Source of the DNA: Laetmonice hystrix
Taxonomy: Eukaryota
Direction: 5' to 3'
Length of the DNA: 64,000 bases
Assembly: GCA_965235115.1 (NCBI GenBank)
Contig: OZ249436.1
Span: forward strand, 55,058,001 to 55,122,000
Shown: in pieces, positions 38,144 to 52,104 of the stretch
Layout: the number at the start of each line of letters is the position of its first letter
Position numbering within the stretch: position 1 is the first letter of the stretch
The notes under the pieces: model-generated
What the model was told of the DNA's origin: nothing
Database searches by the model: none
The model's input: the letters and a program-made list of their open reading frames with translations, nothing else
Program-made: the position numbers and the translations under genes

Positions 38144-40591
38144 CAAGCAAACTTTAATCTGTGTCCCTGCCCTCCTCGGATTCTCACTAATATAACGAAA
38201 TTCATGAACGTGATTGGGGGGTTACCTGGATTGCCAAACGGTTATAGGGGTGATTAAGGTGCCCAAGTTGGGAACTTCAATGCTAGAACCCCCGCGTAAC
38301 ATACTGTCAGCCGGGAATAGGCCACCTGGCACCACATCGCTGGTTAAAGATTGAATACCCATTCCAGATTCAGAGATGGATATAGCTAGCAAGTACTAGA
38401 GTGAATGGCTAACTTTTTGTTGAAAATCACACATACATGTAGGCATACACAGGGCAAGGACTGCAGTGGCCCCAATGGGCGTGGTCCTTTAGTCCCAGAC
38501 CGCCGTCTTCCTCTTGTCAGAGACCCTGGGAGGCAGTAGTCTATCACGAGTTGTAAGGGTTCCCATAATCACCTTTAATGAGCAGCTGGCTGCCAGGCTG
38601 CCTGGGAAGCGGATACATTCAATTAGCTTCGGTGTAATTAGTGATCTAAAAGACCAACTATTCGCAATCAAGGTGAGAAGGCTCGCATGTCATGTAATAG
38701 TCCCCAGTCTTTACGGGCAATTTACATGTCGGTGTATGCATGTAACATGCCTGTTATTCAATATAACATCTTTGCCATGCAATATCTCAACATCCGTACA
38801 GAGTATTCTCTTCAGTATATACCATTTCCCTCAGCCAAGAGTAACATACTTTAATTTTATTTTCGGTGGATCTTATTTACAGCTCCTGAGCTAAGAATCA
38901 CGCCGACATGTTTCAGTATTAACAACTTTTGATATCCACGTTTACAGTTACCTGCCGTTTTTTGATAAAACTTTAAATGTAAATTTGATACCTTTCAATT
39001 CATCTCACGTGAGCACTTCTTCATGCTGAAAGGAATACGGTTCGGCCTATGTAACATCACAACGGATTTCCTGTGGCGACATTGAGAGGGGGTGGGTCCT
39101 CTAAAGACGAATCCAGCTTGAAGCCTCCGTTTTGACCAGAAAGCCCTAGGGTATCACTAGACGTATGGTCTGGTCTCCACCTGAAGGGGTCCAACCTCTC
39201 CGACCTCTGTCAATGATGCAGTGAGATGTCGGGTCCCGATAGGCTGTTTTTGTGATAACCTACAGAGAGCTGGTCAATGATATACAGCTGCAGGTCATCA
39301 GAGCCCATTGGATGTCCACGGTCTGACTAAGTTTAGGTTAGATTCTCTACAGGGGCGTCACACTCGTAGTTGGTAACTCAGCGGCGGATCCAGGATTTGG
39401 AACTGGGGGCTACATCCAGGATTCTGCAACGGGGGGGGCTTGATGTATGTAGGCCTATAAAACCTCTTATAGACGTATAGACACACTGCAAAATGATAAC
39501 CCTGCAGTCAGCGACCCCCCAACTGACCTGAATACATGAATACCAGTTGCCGGAGAAACGATCTCCACCATGGAGCCCCAGAGTAGGAGTTCAACAGCCT
39601 CTTCTTGTAACAAAGGGCGTTTTAATTTGCGTGTCTGACCATTCTGTAGCGGCCGAGGAGCGGGAAGTTGACAAAATGACAGCGGGCTCTGTCATTGTTG
39701 GGAGCGGATGACAGGACCCCTTTACCAATGGTCAACACCTGGTCAGTCTGACAAAGGCGGGAGAAAACAATTTCCTGGTGAGCGCTGGCTTACATATTGG
39801 CTGCAGCCATTTCTGGTCGGTCGTCCGGACTACTGGCCGTGGAAGGGCTGGCACGATGGTCAAATGACTTTACCGACTTCAGAAAAAGAAGACCATCGCC
39901 ATGTTGGCCACAACCTGCTTTCCAGTATCGTGATCGTACAGTGTGAAGAGTCGCATACTTGTCACGAAAATCTGATCATGTTAACTTAATATCGAGGAAA
40001 CTGAACCTTCTAAACCGTACGCAAAAATTGTCTTTCCTAGATAACGGAGGAAATCTAACTCCACAGACTTTTAAAAAACATATAGCCGATTACCATCATC
40101 TCTGGTCCAAGTCCATGTATCCAAATTTCAAATTCTAACACGCAAACGTTGCTTTCAATCTATGTGGTAAACCACAACAAACAGACATCTAACACCCATT
40201 CAGAGAAAGCATTAAACTACCTTCAGACCAGCTATGAAATTAGCACATTTTTTTCTGCCCCGGCCTTTTAACAGGTACCTGCCGGGGAATGGAGCTTCTG
40301 GCGAGACGGAAGAAGGAAGCTTCCAAATCAAACAAAAGTGCCGTTCACTTCGCAGTTCCTACGGCTCTCGAGGCGCCACAGAGGAGCCATGGGGGTGTTA
40401 CGGCGGCGCCATGGTGTTGCCCCTAACCAGACGCTGGTTGTATGTAGCACGCATGGGTAGCACCTCAATATACACAGCTGTTAAACAAAGTCTGACACTG
40501 CCGGTCTCGCCTGGTCCTGGTCAGTCCTTTATGTATCTCTTAAAGCAAACCACGACCATCTCTTTTTTTCAACGACTATAAAAACTGAATA

Positions 40592-40930
40592 CATGGGATG
40601 TTAGGTTAGATAAGTCCTAAGAATACATAAATCAATTAAATGTATGCCCACAGAAGTGGAAAAAATATAATTAAATTCAACATTCCTGTTGCTTGTTGTC
40701 GCTATGAAGAGATCGTCTTATGGTTGGTTGTTGACAAAATCATTGACCTGGCATTGACTTGAACAGCCAATGAAATTCATCGGGCGATCATGAACCGAAT
40801 TCATAATATTAATATATTAATATATATTAAAAGTTATTGATTTATGGAGTTTAAGTCCTTATCTAACCTAACAGCCCATGTCTTTTTTTTTCGAGTGATT
40901 GAAATAAGAGGTAATTGTGATTGGCTTTAA
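40592..40930. mobile_element. Long-TIR MITE, copy A (diverged, partial)
   Basis: Arms catgggatgttaggttagataag ... cttatctaacctaacagcccatg. The interior is homologous to 42211-42627. Confidence 0.75.
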
Positions 40931-41601
40931 ATCCTGCCACAAGTCGCCAGTGCAAGTTCTGCCTTTGGTTTCTGCCACACACCGGTAACAGAAGCACTAA
41001 TCTATAATCACGGGTCCCCTGACTGGACTGAAAGGGACGGCACATCTACGCATGCTGTACTAGCCCGACACCAAGTAGAAACTTATAATGTTGACAGGTT
41101 CCGTACACAGTCACCGCTGATAACCAATATAAGTCTTATAAGTTCCGGCATGCTCCAACAATATCCTTATCCGGAGGCAGGCTGTCTGGAGTCATCCTTT
41201 GAGTCTTTCATGACGGTATGCTGTGGCCAGAATAAGAAGTAATGTGCTAACAACATCTTTTAAACTTCGTTTCAGCCAGGAATGTATCAGTCAAGGCCAA
41301 TTTCCTGGTCTGACGTCAGCAAAGCTTGCCAGACTCATTTATGTGAAGCTGCTACTCTCGTATCTCATTATTTTCCGAGGTCTTCGATGCAGCGCTTTTA
41401 ATTGAATAGAGCCAACAGAAACGGGCAAACGATACCCACGTCATTTTCGTTTGAATCTAATGACTAAATGTTTCCGTAATCTGAATTCACGGGATATAAT
41501 TCAATCAAAATAATTACCTAATTAGATGGCTGTAGAGAGCAGTGGGACTTGATTGGTCACCACAGGTTTTTTTTTTAATTTAGTCTTGGTCTTAAGCTTA
41601 C

Positions 41602-41690
41602 CCTCGTCTTGGCCACTTTCAGCACAGCCACCAAGCCCAAGATCCATGTACACGGAGCTGAATGGAGGCGTGTTCTGAACTACACACCGA
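41602..41690 (-). CDS. Candidate internal/alternative exon (x-RCVVQNTPPFSSVYMDLGLGGCAESGQDE-G)
   Basis: Acceptor ctctgcccttttgtacAG| and donor G|GTAAGC bound 89 nt. Only the phase 2->1 frame is open, the same phase pattern as exon 20002-20159. Confidence 0.45.
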
Positions 41691-42210
41691 CTGTACAAAA
41701 GGGCAGAGTTCACGCTGCGTTCACATGACCCTCACAATAAACACCGGAATCACTCTTAAGGCGTTTCTATTGTATCTTTAACACCTTCAGTGACCCTCAG
41801 TGCCCAGCCCGCTTTCGGTCCGTTACATTCCAACTTCCGGTTACCACCATTTACCAGCCGGTCATGACCTTCGCCTCGGTGCTGGACAGGTACCCGTCCT
41901 GCGGGCATCTTCACAGAGGATAATCTACTGGAGTTTTAAAACTGACCGCCGACCATGTAACCTCATTACTCTACTGGTGCATAAGGCGCTCAAGGCTTCG
42001 AGTACCACCAATCAAATTTCCTGTCCCATCTGTACTTGGTTGGTTCGGCTTTCATATTGCGTGACCCCTCCAAATTGAATCTCGCATCAAATGGAGGATG
42101 GGAAATTGATGCTGGCCCTTTTCGGGAAGCTCACAGGGACGGACTGATACGTAAAGTTGAGTAATTTCCATATTTGCCTCAAATAAAAAGAAATATTATT
42201 GATCTTTAGC

Positions 42211-42627
42211 TTTAGAGTCCCTGCCCCTGTCGCGATTATCTCTTAGTTCAATGACTCCAAAATACAGGCATGGGTTGTTAGGTTAGATAAGGTCTTAAAC
42301 TACATAAATCAATAAATGTATACCCACAGAAATGGAGAAATCTGATGAAATTCGACATTCCCGTTGTCTATTGTCGCTATGAAGCGATCGGCTTACGGCT
42401 GGTTGTTAACAAAATCGTTGGCTTGAACAACCAATAGAATTCATTAGTTCATCGCCCGATGAATTTCACTGGCTGTTCAATTCAATGCCAGGAATGTTCT
42501 TTAGATTTCTCCCTTTCTGTGGGTATACATTTATTGCTTTATGTAGCCTAAGGCAATATCTAACCTAACAACCCATGTCTTCATGTTGGAGTAATTGAAC
42601 TCAGAGATAATCGTGAATGGCTCTAAA
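42211..42627. mobile_element. Long-TIR MITE, copy B (about 415 bp, >100-bp imperfect inverted arms)
   Basis: gattatctc...catgggttgttaggttagata...tatacccacagaaa.ggagaaatct is mirrored by agatttctcc.tttctgtgggtata...tatctaacctaacaacccatg...gagataatc. The termini are tttagag / ctctaaa. Confidence 0.85.
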
Positions 42628-45600
42628 CACATTTGTATAATACTTGGAGTTCTGGACCATAGAATGTAGCCACTAATTCATGTTGGGCTCCTTGCGAAAT
42701 TTGGGGGCAAAATACGATATTTATTATCCATTGAATTAAAAAAGACGACCGTCTTTTACCCGGTTTGTGTTGGATTGGTGATCCTTAGTCGCTGGAAAAC
42801 GATATTTGCGTATAATCTATGCTTATAAGAAGAATATCCTATCTCTCATATGTTGGCCAACAACCCATGGTCATATAAGGGGGTAGAAATACTTGTCAAT
42901 ATTTTCTGCACATTACCGTGTTTAAGCTTCCCTTCAAAAGGTGAAAGAAATAGACCCAAAAGATTCTTGCTTTGCGTATCATGTTTCTTTGTCTTATTAC
43001 ATTTCAAAAATTGTCTTTCCTTCCTCTCCGTCATCGCAAGAAGAGAATATTATTTCTGCACTGCCCCTTGTACAAGCGGTCCCAAACATGCATACGTAAG
43101 GACCGCCATTTCAGCCACCTGTCGACAACGATGGCAGAAACCATCAATATTAAACAGTAATATCCTGGTGGTTGTTTTTTTACTCCATGGACCAGCGTTT
43201 AATTTCTCTGCCGACCAGTCTATAGAACGACTGGCTGGCGGTGGCGGTGCTCGTCTGTTACTGGTTCGATACTACATCTGTAAGTAGTTTGTATGAATGA
43301 TGAAAATAGATCATCAAAATGATCAAAAAGCGACCACGATCTTTCTCTGGGGCTAGCTACAATCATTTGAACACGTCAGGATAACTTGATAATAAGTACA
43401 TTACAATATAGGATCCTTTGCAATCTGTGAATTAGAAATATTATCAAGAGAACGTTTACCAGAAAACCCTATAGGTCATACGAACACATGCAGGGTAAAC
43501 TCTTACAGCCTTCGTATAATACGGTATGTTTCTACCCTCAGTATTCCCTACCTTTACTAGTTACTGCCTGAGCTGGACGGACACCTCGCTATTAAATTTT
43601 CTCTTTGGAATTAAGCCTGTCTATAGCGATTGCGGATTTTTCAAATCCGCCTTATTGACAAGCAGAGCAGTTCTAAGTCAAATTCCCAATCTCTGTCATC
43701 TATAAAACTATTAACAAACACAAAATCAAACAAGTTGATATAGACGTAAATGGTTGGTTTCCAGTCGGGGCCCCGGATTGAATACCCCGGCCGATTAGTC
43801 ATCAGGACACGACCCAAGTTCCATGAATCTCCATCATCTCTGTCATCATCTCGCTCGCCCTAACAACAAACCTGCCCGACTCCACCATCAAGTTGCCTAA
43901 TAAACCTCACCATCTTTCCTTGGCAGTCCCCATTCTGGTCGGGCGGTTATTGGGACTGCCCTGGGAATCCAAGATTGTCGGCTGTCTCTCACTATCCACG
44001 GAGATGAAGCAATCTCCCCAGGTCTTTTTAGTTCACTCCAGTGATCAGATCAAACTCGGCGTGAGGCGGCGACTCATCAGTAGGCGGCTGCGAGCCAGTG
44101 GCGGGGTCCGGGAGGCGGCCACCATGGCTATGGTCGTTAGGTCGGCCTATGGTCGTACTATGCTTTAATCCGGTTACCTACGGCCCCCATGGACAATCCC
44201 CGCCTGCCCCCCCCCCCCCTGCATCTGTCGCCACCTACTCACCTGAGAAATACTCTCCACCCTAAACCCCCAAAACCCCGGCCCAATCCCTAGCTGCCGA
44301 ACCCAATCCTTTAATCCCACCACTGGTTTCATGGCTTTCCCGTCATCATATATTTTAGGATACGAAGATGAAGCACAAATCTAAGTGGTAGGGAGGAACC
44401 AAAAAAAGAAGAAAAGTTAACATACAGAGCAATACAGAGAGCAATACAAACACCAGCCCCGACACCATTTTAAGGGTACTCTTTCCGAATATAAACTATG
44501 CATCTTACTTCGCATAAATGTCACATTTCAACTGCCGTTTTTAGATCTATAGAATAAATCTGGATTAGATCTGGATAAATTATTTTGTAATTATACCTAT
44601 TATACCCTATTTCTGGGTTAACACGCAGGACAGGGCCCTTGCTATACCGTTCCAGGGGGCGCGGCCCCCTGCCCCTCCCGGAACCCGCCCTGCCCCTGCC
44701 CTTGAAAATCCACTGTCCTGCCCCTAACAACAATCGGAATCGCAAAAAAGAAGTGTTTTTCGTTTTCAGCCTTGAACCCCACAATCACGAGTCAGTTGAA
44801 CTGGTGCGATGACAGTTTCTGTCCAAAATGTCATCTAGTTTATGTGAAAAGATATTTTTTGAAGAGTAGAAACAGTATGTGCTGTTTTCCATAAGACATA
44901 AAATATGTAGATATCATTACAATATAGAAATATTATAATGACAATTGTAATTGGCTCCTTCCCAAACCCACCCCCGCGCTCAGTCTCTGCCTCACTGCCC
45001 TTTTCTTTCTTGCCGCGCTGCCCCTGTCATATCCTCGCTAGGGGTCAGCCCGAGTCCCCAACAAAACCATGTCTTTCAGCTTTACATAGTTTCCCTGTAA
45101 ATTGGTATGAGGGATACATTTCAAGGTGGCCAAGGCGGATCTTCAGCCTACACAAAGGAGCCTTTGTTACCATATCAATAACGCAATGTTACCAATACAC
45201 GTATGCCATTAGCGTATGTAGTTTCGCATGTTACTGAACTTTACTAGTTGTTAAGGAAAATTTCGTATCACGGATACAGCTGACAACACAACTATATACA
45301 GATAGACGATTTGACATTCTGAATGTGCTGACTCAGCAAACCTTTGTACTCTTTATTTCTTTAGATTACTTAATAAAGTGGGCCTTGGGGAAAGTTCATC
45401 CTAATAATACAAGTTTTATTTCTATGAAAGGAAAGAAACCGCCTCAAAATCTGTCATGAACAACGGTGTAAATGAGATGTAAGCATTACTGTAAAAGAAT
45501 CCGAGAAGCTTTCCGTTAATGTTTACAGCGTGGCTTTGATGTAGGTAATCTAGTCTGCAAAGTACAGTTTACGATTACGATGCCAGTATAGTTTACGTTT

Positions 45601-46472
45601 CTTAAACTACGTAGGCCTACATCCTCTTCAACTAAGATGCTGCAGGCCTACTTTAGAAAATTAACAACCGTTTTCCCTCTATTGTACTCCTATCAACATC
45701 GTATTACCGTTACTTTTATTGGCTACTTTTATAGGCCTATCCAGGAGCATAGGTAGAGAAGCTCCCAATATAAATTTATAATCAAAGAATGTTCTTTGGT
45801 ATAATCAATAAAAACATACCACTGGTCCATTAGCGCACAATACTAAGTTCTTATACGTGCTGGCAAGCTCTTGCAGAAACTGCGACATGTCTAACGAAAA
45901 AAAAAGCTTCCAATCGCAGCATGACTAACGGCCAACCCCTCACTCGCTGCACGCCACCAGCCTGGCATAATTTCGCTATAAACTGTCATTTCTGCTGATA
46001 TGCATCCAGGTAATTGGATTAGGACGAGGAATGGCCACCGTACGATTGCGTTATGACTTAGTTTGTCAGGGGTCTTGTCTTGACATGGCGGGCTCATAAC
46101 GTGCAGATTGTGTGCGAACCTGCAGGCCCCATCCGCTATCACTCGTCGGTCTGGCGGACCAAACGCAGACCAAACGTTGACATATGTACGACCCTGTACT
46201 TGACTAGTGTCTTTGTCTTTACTGACCACCTACCTCACACTGCAATAATGATGGGAGCTGGTATACCATTTACCTGTCTTATTCCGCGCTGGGATTAATT
46301 TGATCTTTCTACTTCGGAAATAAGAATATTCTCCCGAGTACAAATTAAAGACCCTATTTAATTATCTCTGTTAATCTGATTAACAATGGCCGTCCAGGTA
46401 TGTTACTGTACCCACACAACAGGAACATCATCTATTACAGCCTGCAGGGAGACAGGCTTCCCCCAAAAATAT

Positions 46473-46514
46473 TGCCGCAATGCCGCAATGCCGCAATGCC
46501 GCAATGCCGCAATG
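46473..46514. repeat. (TGCCGCAA)5 octamer repeat
   Basis: Directly visible. Confidence 0.9.
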
Positions 46515-49500
46515 AGGTATGATGAACATTATAGTTTGGACGTTGGGAGTGATGGTATATTTTGATAAATTCCTGACTTTCACGGGTTAGAATTCCTCTG
46601 GTTCACCTTTTACCTATTCTATGTGGAAGAAAAAACTCTGAGGGCCGGGTCACTTTGCTACAGTAGATCTACCCGATACACAGTCTCTCGACTGTCCGCG
46701 GAGACAGGCTCTCCACTTCAGACAAGACCTAGGTTCTGTAAGTAAAAAATACAGAGTAAACGCTACTCAACAAGCGCAACTAATACAAGGCCGCTTAGAC
46801 CATGCAGTGCAGTAGACTAGACTTGATACACTATGGCGCGTAGAGCAAGCCACAAAGTGGAACCTGATGTAACACGTGGATCGGGACGTGTTTGTGTGGG
46901 TGTACGTATACTATGAGAACATGTATCATGTGCCGGGGGTTTCCTTTTTTATATTTTAATTCCGTCCGTTGCTAATTTTATAGGTGTTACTTCATATAAT
47001 CTGTACCCAGGTCACTGTGGATGTTATCCTAGAATGTCGCGTAACGGTTTGCGTTTATTCACTTCACCTACCCCTTAAATCAATCTCCACCTGATTGGTA
47101 CATTGCCTGCTGCTGGGTTCTGGTTGTAAATATTTACCTTGCAGACATGGGTGTTTTTTTTATTCCACCCGTGCCAATTTACCTGCAAGCGGATTTCCTG
47201 GCATCAGTGAAGGGGAGTGCAGAAACCACAAACTAAATTTCAGCTATGCTTCAATCACAACTAAATCCAGAGTGATCTATTAATGTATCTCTAACTTACA
47301 CTTGGCGGAATACCGACCGCAAATCTCGCCATTCTTAGGGCCTGTGTTTGAATTTGATGATTAAGTATCCAAGGCACTTCAGGGATCGTTTGAGCTGGTC
47401 TGATTGTGTTTTTAATTCTATATGAAACCTGTGTTTGGTTGATTATAGACATAGTCCGAGAGGTTATGTTACGGATTGGGCGGGCAAGAAGGCTGTCTAA
47501 TTGCCTACTCTTTGTGTGTGTGTGTTTACCTTATGAGAAATGGGGTGATAGAGGCTGTGTTGTGTGCTTTCTACCCGCTCCCACCGACATACATAAATTC
47601 TGGGTGGTTGGGAGGAAGGTCTTGAAAACCAGCAGCAAGAAGTCACCTTTAGTATGGTGAGCCATAAAAAAAATCACTTTCTTTCATTTCGGTGAGAGGT
47701 ATTTCCTCGTAAAGATGTTTAATTTCATCCATTAATAAATCTGATTTCTGTAAAAAGGTATGCAAAATTTGTTTCGATAATCACAGATGGACCTGCTTTA
47801 CGACAGTTGTAATCGCTGAAACATGGAAAGTTCAGGACTGCGTTGGCGTCTGTCTGTTAAAAGATTGTTCACCCAGAATAAATACGGCCATTTAATACCA
47901 GACAATTTATTTCAAATTAAGTCAAAATAGACCTGTGCATAGGGACAATATCATTCAGTAGGTTTGACTGTTCCCTGTAATTTCCCTTTTCATCACACAA
48001 AACACCAAACACAGGTTTCATATAGAATTAAAAACACAATCAGACCAGCTCAAACGGTCCCTGAAGGGCCTTGGATACTCAACGTTATAATTCACCGCGG
48101 TGAAGTCTCCAAGGCCTTGGGCGACTCCCTCCCTGATATGATCCAGCGTCCAATCGATCAACCCTGCCGATGAACTACAGAACAGTCTGTGTGGATCAAT
48201 ATGCCAGTAACACAAATAACCCCGCCATTTCTAACCCCCCCCCCCTCCCCCATCCCTTCACGACCGCCTACCGTCAGCACCTATACGCTGCGGTTGAAGC
48301 CAGAGCTGTTAAAACATGCCGCAGGGTCGGCAGCGCCTTCCGGTTTGTGTCATAGCTTCAATCACAATTTGACATATTGCCGCCTTAAGGGCCAATCATA
48401 GCACCTGTTCAGACGGGGAATTAGTCATTCAAATCAGACCACCCACTGAATCCAATAACAGGAACGTGAACGTGCACTGATCGACGGCTGGGGTTGGCAA
48501 CTGTGGACTGATACTGATAATCACCATTGGTTCGCCATTGCTTTGTCAATAAACCACGTGAATAATAAACTACAAATGGGTGACGGTTTAACTATGATCC
48601 TTCCCGGACTCCCACAGCGGAGGGTCTACGTACATCACTGGCTCTGAGCACCTTTCTGTGGCTGGTATACAAGCACAGAATAAAGTCTTCTTTGGCCTGC
48701 CCGTCCCGTTCTCTGCCGTAGACAAAACTTTCGCATCAGAAAAACCTCTGACACCTGTACAAACAGTGACTTTTCCCCATGGGTCTTTCCCATGGGACGT
48801 ATCTATGGATTACACCCATGGGTGAAGCCCATGGCTCACACTCATGGGCAACACCTTCGAGTCACACCTTCGGGTCACGACATATGGGTGACAACCTCTG
48901 GGTAAAAACGTATCGTCTAGTTCCGGTTTTACAGTTCCCGGTCACCGAGGATCATTCACAGTTAAACTTGAAAACCTCTGTTAACAAAGTCCACTTCATA
49001 ATTAACCCAGATGAACCCATTCAAAAATTGGATGGGTAACAAGATGGTAAATCATTAAAAAACGACACCCGCTAGGACTGGTCACGGTACCGCTTACGCT
49101 TCAACATAAATGGAATTGCTTGCCATGTTTGGTCGACAGCAGAGCCATCAAAATGTAGTAGATGAATTTAAACTAGTATTCTTTTAATGTTTATTGCCCA
49201 TTATGGAAATAGACGGCAGAGACATCTAAATTATATGTATATAATTTTTTTTAAATAATGATGATAATGATCAATATTCATGCCATCTAAATAGTCTGGT
49301 GTCATTTCAATAATATATCCCTTCACTATCTCTGGCTAACTTAATGGACTCCAATATATATATGTTCATCATCCAATTCTTCAAAGTCGCCACTGTAGGC
49401 GCTTTCCCGCTAAGCTCCTACAGTGGTGGAAGACAGTTTCTTAACACGTCATCTTCACTGAATTGATCGTCCTTTAGACCCTCAGACATTTTACAGCGAC

Positions 49501-50697
49501 GGCGTGAGAGTAAGCTTCCGTCGCATAATCTCCGCCTTATCCAATTACACCCTAATGACTACAACTTTGTAGTAAGAATTTGTGTGTATGATTGAAAGTT
49601 TAACGTGGAATTCCGTGTCACTAATGTATCGTGCGTGTAATAAGCAAGACATCCGTTGAACCTAAAACGTTGGAAATTTCCTTTCAAGTGATGCGAAGGT
49701 GTGGTAGATTTCTTGACGGGAGGGTTGTTTAAGGTTTAAACTTTGGCGTTGACCATCATTGTCTACAGGTCGGAAATGCTCACAACAATTAGCGAGCCTT
49801 TCACTTTTAGACGTAAAACAATCTCCGCCATGAATTGTATCGGAAAAAGAAACATGTCATGTCCCTAATACCGCTGCTGAGCCCTCAGTATGTGTCTATA
49901 CATATATCTGTTCGACTGGGCATGTGGAAGAACTCATACCATTTTTGGAAACGAGTAGGGGGTTTGCCTCCCGGTGGCGTGTTTCTTCCTCATCATCAAC
50001 CCTACCGTCCCTTGAGACTCGTAGATACAATTGGTGCCATGATTGAAGAAGTTTGTAACTTTTATTTTCGCCCTTGAATATAGCTGAAACATTGCCGATA
50101 AACCGGCAACCCTTTGCATGGTCCCGGTCAATTTTGCCCGACGTGTTCTTCTATTCTATATTTGTGGATGTACACGTAAATCTAATAATCTAAAACAAGG
50201 ACAATTGTCGCAAGCAGGCAGGATCTAATAAATCATCCATGTTTATCGCCGCTGTTTCGGCCTCAAGAAAACATTATTAGAAATTCTATATCTAATACTA
50301 ACGCCAGACAAAAAAAGTACCCACGAATGATGGCAATAAATCGACCGCCCACCCGTCGACTCCTATGTCCGACAATGACGCTGTCTAAATATCTCCTGTT
50401 CGTATTGTCTCCGTGTTCCCCTCTCTCGCAGGTTATCAATATTCCTTGTCTACTAATACATGTACTCCAGCCTCTATCATTTAAATTAAATCTACGGTAT
50501 CGCGCATTGGCATCAGCATTTACAGTAGGCGCAACTTTTCCTGGCAGGCAATTTCTTGTCAGTTTCCACAGGACTGTGTTTTAATACCTTGAATATGTAC
50601 ATATGTACTTAGCTTCCAAGAAATCTTTTTATTGCTCAAATGACAATTCTAATGAATAGGCCCAATGAATAATAAGCAAGAGCAGCATTCATAGAAA

Positions 50698-50706
50698 CAG
50701 AGAGAG

Positions 50707-50777
<71 letters not shown>

Positions 50778-50791
50778 GAGGGAGGGAGGGA

Positions 50792-50873
<82 letters not shown>

Positions 50874-50893
50874 AGAGGGAGAGAGAGGGAGAG
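50698..50893. repeat. (GA)n microsatellite
   Basis: Directly visible. It explains the SLSL ORFs. Confidence 0.99.
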
Positions 50894-51467
50894 CGTGAGC
50901 GTGTGGATGAGCCACTAATGACTAATGAGCAGGAGAACCAAACCAGAAACCAAACACATCCTAAAAGCTTCCGGACCCCCTGGTGAATTATTTTGAAAGT
51001 CTGCTTAAAATAAGCTTGCATGTCTTAAACAGGTCCCACCCACTCCCTGGACACTGAAGGTGCATTAGTGTAGCCACCATGGAACGATTTGATAATTGCC
51101 CCTGCTGCTGCTTGTCCCTGCACCTTGCCCTGTTCATGTCACACTGCCCCCTGCCAGCATATTGTCACGCAATGCTGCCTACACAAAGTCTGAACTGATA
51201 CTCCATGTCCGAGTCATCGAAAATCTTTATAATACTCTTTTACAGGCATTTTTCGACACTGCAATCGCGACAGTAATGAAGATTTTTAAATTCGCCATAT
51301 CAATCAACCAAAGTGAGATTCCAAAAAAAACGGAGAGCATTATTGAGGGTTAAATATAATAGAACTATATAAGCGACGAAGTGTAAATGATACCTGTAGT
51401 ACCGTGTCAAAGTATAAAATCAAGAGAAACACGACGGAAATTTAGATTGATAGAACTCTCTACTTAC

Positions 51468-51619
51468 AAACGGCGGAACTTCCTCTTAATTTGCTCCTTC
51501 TTTCCGCAGATGAGGGAGGTAGCTTCCATGGTTTTCACTTGGTAACGCGATGCTTTCCACTTTTCAAAGAGCATCCGCCACATGGACGAATACTCTGTCA
51601 TTTTCTTCTTCTCACTCAT
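51468..51619 (-). CDS. Distal alternative first coding exon (MSEKKKMTEYSSMWRMLFEKWKASRYQVKTMEATSLICGKKEQIKRKFRR-F)
   Basis: ATG at 51619 opens a 152 nt frame ending at a consensus donor TT|GTAAGT (phase 2), in frame with exons 41690 and 20159. The frame stays open upstream to a possible acceptor (cattttatAG) near 51685. A TATA-like box lies about 480 nt upstream. Confidence 0.6.
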
Positions 51620-52052
51620 GAAATCAGTCTCCAGGAATCGCTCCCAAGTAATCAAGCGTTCCTTCCAAGGAGGAGAAACCGTCTATAAAATGATGTTTCT
51701 AAACACACAGGGACGTATTCAAATATGGCCACCGTACACCGGGACGTTCACCTCGTATACACATAGCCACAGGTGCTGATGAGCTCATCTAAAGTATTTA
51801 GCACTGGTGTGATATCTAAAACTGATATAGATCCACTCGAAGTTTCCTCAAATTACAAAGACTGATCCGCGGATATAACAGTCAGAGCGACTGCACCGAC
51901 CTTCCTGTTCACAGTAACTCCACCCAGTGATATCCCTGTTTTGACGCACAGTTTGGGAGACTGCCGCAGTCCTGGTACTTTGCCCAAACAATCGCAGTCA
52001 GATTGCACCCAATCGATCCTTTCACGAGCAACAGTTGGCCGGTTGGTTGTCG

Positions 52053-52104
52053 TGACTCAAAGTGAAACGTAATCATCCCGGCACAGCACTGACAGCTTTA
52101 TATA
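52053..52104 (-). promoter_or_regulatory. Possible core promoter for the distal first exon (TATATAAA, with an AP-1-like TGACTCA nearby)
   Basis: TATATAAA lies on the minus strand at 52104-52097 and TGACTCA at 52053-52059, upstream of the 51619 exon. This is motif evidence only. Confidence 0.3.

Noticed and set aside
44237..44332. tttctCAG|GTGAGT as a recursive splice site or small first exon
   Set aside because: The pyrimidine tract is very short, the phase is 0, and it sits inside a G-run MITE-like sequence.
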